DNA of 64,000 nt from the NCBI GenBank assembly GCA_004431415.1, contig QPMI01000005.1:744001-808000 (forward strand). The letters run 5' to 3'. The stretch's first letter is position 1. Each line of letters opens with the position of its first letter. Below, in pieces: positions 59,376 through 64,000 of this stretch. The translations under genes were made by a program, and so were the position numbers. The notes under the pieces were generated by a model, which did no database searches, was not told the DNA's origin, and worked only from the letters and a program-made list of their open reading frames with translations. The DNA comes from Cyanophora paradoxa CCMP329 (Eukaryota > Plantae > Glaucophyta).

Positions 59376-60798
59376 GCGGATTCGGAGGGGGAATTCGAAG
59401 GGGGCAGCCGTGCGGGGCCACAGGGCAAGCTTAAGCTGCGTGCCCGTGCCCGATCGCCCGCCGACGCCCTCGAGCTTGCCGCACGGCCCTGCACTGCGAA
59501 ATGGGCGCGTCGACGTCGGACCCCACTGGGGAGTACACAGGTCCGTTCCCGCCACCCCCTCCCCCCGCAAAAAAAAGGAGCCGGGGAGGGGGCCGGGGGC
59601 AGGCGGGGGGGGGGGGGGGGGGGGGGGGGGGGCGTGGGGCGCGAGCGCTTGGGTTCGGGGGTGGGTAGAGCGTCAGCGGCGCGTTGATGTGATGGCGGGT
59701 GGGGTATACGTAGGGAATGGGCGTGTCCGTTTGGGAGAGGGGACGAGAGGGAGCGCAGGGCGTTGGGACGGACGGCTGGTTCGCATATGCATGGGGCGGC
59801 TGGACCCCGTCGCGATCGCCGGGGTCGGGAGGCCTAGGGCGCTTAAGCTTAATTATAAGCTAGAGCGCTTCCTGTTCTGAATTCTAAGGGATAGGAGCTA
59901 CGAGGATACGTATGAGGCAGATCCTCGCAGATACGACTACGGGATCCGCCCTCGCGATCGATCGGGATCGGCCGCCGCCTCGCGCCTCGACCGCTCCGGT
60001 CCTCCGGCCGAGGAGCGGAGCCACGCCGACGGCGGGCCCCGAGGCAGTTCGAACCCACGAGGATCCGGACGAACCTCAAGTCCATAATTATATAAGCTGC
60101 CCAGACCGTCGGACTGCCCAGCAAAGCTGGGGGGTACAGTCGACGGATACCGGTACCTCGTCCCAAGCTCGAGGCCAGCCACTGAGTCCTCAGGCCACCG
60201 TGGCACGCTTGGATATATATCCGAAGTTCGCCAGATTTTTCGCCAGCTTATAATTAGCCGTACGTTTGCGTTGCCGCCGCGCCGCGTCACGAGACTCCCT
60301 ATCATGATCACGATCAACGCTGAGGCGCCGCTAGCTGAAGTTCGAAATCCACTCAGTTTCGCGCGGCGCGTGCCGGCGCCGCGAATCCTACGGGCCGGCG
60401 CCGGGCCCCGACCCGCGGGCCGCGCGCCTCGGATTCCGGACTCGGAGCGACCCGTGTCCCGGCCTTCGCCATCCCATGATGGATGGTCCGACGGTCGCTT
60501 CGAATTCCAGTCACGGTCGAGAAACATACAAGCTAGAAACTTAAATCCTGAACTCAGTGACTTGGCGATTCTGCGATTCTGCTTATATATTGGATTCGGG
60601 GGCGTTCACGAGATTGCAGAACCAGATGTATTGCAAGGGGGGAAGGGGACCCCCTTGCTTCCCGTTCCCTCGCTTCAGCCAAAATTTTTCTATGAGGCCG
60701 TTTTCGAGGTCCAGTTTGCAACAAAAATGTGCCGAAATTCGGTTGCAGCGACACGTGTTTGTCGCTGCGGCCGTCCATGCAAAAAAAGGTTTTCGAGG

Positions 60799-60948
60799 GC
60801 GAAGACCAGTTTTCCTCGACTTGAAGCCTGGAAACCAACTTCTCTCTCATTCCGGTCTTCGAATTCCTTCCGCGCTTCTAGCGAAGACCAGTTTTCCTCG
60901 ACTTGAAGCCTGGAAACCAACTTCTCTCTCATTCCGGTCTTCGAATTC
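60799..60948. repeat. Direct duplication of a ~68-bp block with 82-bp period
   Basis: gcgaagaccagttttcctcgacttgaagcctggaaaccaacttctctctcattccggtcttcgaattc at 60799 and 60881. Confidence 0.9.
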
Positions 60949-62002
60949 ATTCCGCGGTTCTGCGCATGGAACCAGTTATCCCTATAGCTAGCTGTCTCCT
61001 GTAGATTTCGGCTTCCTCGCAGTGCGTCGCGTACGCCTTGCTCTTCGTTGCGCGGTTCTGCATGGAACCACTTCTCCCTATCTGTCTTGCTCGATCTCCT
61101 CTAGATTTCCACTTCCTCGCACTGCGCCGCGTACGCCGCACGGAATTACTTAAAAATTCTCCCTCGCAGTGCGCCGCGTACGCCGCACGGTACCCGTGCC
61201 GCCTGGACTACTTTTGACTGCATCAAGCTTAAGCTTGCCAAGTTGCACCGCAGCGCTAGCACGTGCACCGAAGCACGCGCAGCCCGTGGGCCGGACTCCG
61301 GGATTGGCCCGTACCGCGTAGCTTTTCCTCGCGATCCAGCGCTAGCCTCTGCCGCAGTGCTCGCAGCGCTAGCCGCATCGCTGCGCCGACCTCGTTGGCG
61401 CCCCGGCCGCTGTCCCTTCGCGCCGGGCGGTCTTGCGAGCTGACCAGCTCTTGCGAGCGCATCAGCGGCAAACCGATCGCGAGCGTTCGAGTTGCGAATA
61501 ACAAAGAGCGGCGCGTGTGCAGCTGCAGCGCGTGAACAGTGAGTAAGCGAGATCATTGCGTGCACGAGAATCCGGGCGTGAACTGAGCTTCGGCACTGAG
61601 CTTAAGCAAGAGAAAGCGCCTCAGCAGCCAACAAGAGAAAGCTAACATGCGACGAGGGCGCAAAGCTGCTGCAGAGCTGCCTGAAGGCATCGTTGAAGGC
61701 GAGAGCATACAGTTACAGTGTTGCAGCACTGGGGCTTGCAGCGGCGGTCTTTGTCTTCTTTGCCCAGCCGCATACACAGGTCGCTGCATCTGAAGACCAT
61801 ATTGCATACACAGGTCGCTGCAGCTGAGACCAGAGAAGTCCTCCCACAGGCTTATCGACGCCTGTTCCTCTGGCGGTACCCTCTCGTACTCTTTCATTAG
61901 ATCCCGATTCCCCCCTTGCACCCCCGGCGCGCCAAACGCGGCCGGGCCCCTATTATATTCTCTCTGCCGCGAGTGGCATTAATATTGCAGCTCAGCTTAT
62001 TA

Positions 62003-64000
62003 TTAAGCGCCTGCAGTAAGGAAAGCCGCGGCCTCGGGATCGTCGCAGAGGCCTAGGGCTCCGCCCTCGAGCTCGGCCGCCGCCTCCGCCTCGAACTCAT
62101 CCGCATCCGCGAGCTCGATCTCGATCTCGCGCGCGTCGTCCTCGACCTGGATTGCCATGGCCAGCTCGCACTCGTCAATCTGCGCATGCGCATCCCCATG
62201 CCAGCCCTTGGTAAGAGGATACGTGAACGCCAATACGTATACAAAGATAAGATTTAGAGAGCTCAAGGCTCGATAAAGATCAAATGTGCACGAATTCACA
62301 CAAGCTTGAGCACCTGCAGAAGCTCGGAGTCGAGCTCAGTAGCTGCCAGTGGCTTGGAAGCCATGGCCGCGCGCACATGCGTGGGCAAGACAGCGCCTGT
62401 AAGAGATGCATGTGTGAGGAAGACTTGAACCCATGTATATACGTATTTGCATGTAAACTGGCCCATGACTCACCGATGACTTCTAGCTCGCCAAAGTTTA
62501 AAACTCCGCCGCCGGGTTTCTCGATCCGGACCTTGTCTCCTGAGCGAATTCAAAGTTTGACCAGGGGACCAGCTGCAGCGTCAGAAACGTTTGTGTTTGT
62601 TTAAGGCCCGCCGCTGAAGCTCACCGTAAGCGACCCTCACACCGAGGGGAGACTGGGGTACGTGCTTGAACAGGTTCTTGTAGGCGCCATTGGTCCAGAA
62701 GCCCCAGGGCTTGTCGAGGGCAGCCGTCGTGAAATCGGGCTTGATCAGCCCCGAATCGTACACCTGCCCATGAAAGTGAGCGCAGGTCGACATTTCCATC
62801 AGAATTGCTAGAGGCAATATGAAGCTAGCGCAGAGGCAATGATGATGATATCTTGATTTCGCATTCATATTAGCGCCCATATTTCGCATTCATATTAGCG
62901 CACACCTAGATCTACATCTATGTATATATTTGTATCTCTTGATTTGCAGTTGATCCGGAATATTAATCCGCAGGGCCATAAGCACAGCGTTATAGGCTTT
63001 ATCGAGCCGGATGCGTGTACTACGGTACGTGTACGTGCCACTGCCCCGTCGTTGAACACAATGATCTTGAAGTCGTTGAGGCGTGTGCTGTAACCGTCAG
63101 TGCGCTGCACGTGAAAGACGGGTACATCGATCGTCAGGCGTCATTCAGATCCGGATTTTATATTTCGCAATCGTTAGCGCACATTGTAGATGTGGATCTC
63201 CTCGATTAGACAGTCCTTCTGCGAGCCAAGTAGTGTAATTATCTCAATCATAAAATCTTTCATGGTTAAATAAGGATTATAATCGAATGCGTGATCACGA
63301 TAACAGATCTAGACGACGCGCACCTGAAGGTTTACTTCGAGCCAGGTGTTAGAGGCGTCGTTACCGCTGTGGAAGGTGTTGTAGACCTTGCTCCCCGCCA
63401 AAACCCCGTAGTAGTCGCCGTGTAGCCCTTGTCCGTCTGAATTTAATTTCCGAGTGCGAGGATCATGATCAGACGGAGCGTCATGCACGTGTACATGTCT
63501 ATTTTCAAGGCCCTTATCTACCTGTAGCCATGTTTGCGTTGCTCTGTGTTGCAGAATCTATATCCGCGCGCGCGTACGTGCGCATTCGAAGTGAATTCGA
63601 ATTCGAAAAAAAAGAAAGCAAGACAACTAGTACTGATGATATGCATGATCATTAACTCGAATACGAATACGCACAGACGCTGGAAGAGGTGCATTGCTTC
63701 CCCCGTGCAAGGTTGACGCGCTCTGCGCGCGTGCGAATCAAGGGCGCCCGGCGGCGCTCGCCTGGCCATGCATATGGTTAGAGCTGCAGCTTCGGACGTG
63801 GCCGCACCGGAGCCAGCCACTCGCAATTCCGTCATCTGAAGGACCGTCTTCCCTGCGCGCCCGACCGTCAAGCAAACTCTCCGCAGGATTAATATTGTTT
63901 TCTAGCTATATATACGTCTACTGCGTGCGTGTGCGGCAGCTCACCGTCGCCGCCATATCCGGAGTTGTTGGCAATTAGTCTAACCTCGTCTCCTGTGATC
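62003..64000 (-). CDS. F-type lectin (fucolectin / FTP, F5/8-like) domain protein, 5' part outside the window
   Basis: Spliced: VNLARGKQCTSSSV..ANMATDG..TFHSGNDASNTWLEVNLQ..IEEIHIYN|RTDGYSTRLNDFKIIV..GDKVRIEKPGGGVLNFGELEVI. Contains the H..RxDxxxxR motif; acidic C-terminal exon is ORF 62003..62299. Confidence 0.8.

Noticed and set aside
58788-60527. ORFs 58788..59570, 59119..59880 and 59937..60527
   Set aside because: Low-complexity and repeat-driven, with no recognisable domain or consistent splice pattern.
60947-61921. Possible small minus-strand gene (MQGGNRDLMKEYERVPPEEQ..)
   Set aside because: Coding-like in places, but no family match and the exons could not be joined confidently.

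Overview
GC-rich, intron-dense eukaryotic (protist/algal) genomic DNA. The style is reminiscent of a glaucophyte such as Cyanophora, but that is only an impression. Most six-frame ORFs are GC-rich noise, so genes were rebuilt by hand from spliced exons. In order: a TRANK1-like TPR/UvrD helicase (-), a CEP164-like WW protein (-), two F-box/LRR genes (+), a GLTP/ACD11-family lipid-transfer gene (-), a two-TM membrane protein (-) hit by a young retroposon, an orphan 3' gene fragment, a ~28 kb multi-exon gene (-) fusing a TmcB/TmcC-type membrane/TPR region to PAS-PAS-HisKA-HATPase-REC, and an F-type lectin gene running off the end. Four things stand out. (1) About 20 introns carry a near-copy ('echo') of the adjacent splice junction. 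(2) An 18-bp unit matching one exon of the kinase gene occurs as short arrays in about 12 intron sites of the same gene. (3) The kinase H-box apparently needs a 1-nt exon. (4) There are two identical, 5'-variable poly(A) retroposon copies with TSDs. Gene boundaries are approximate.
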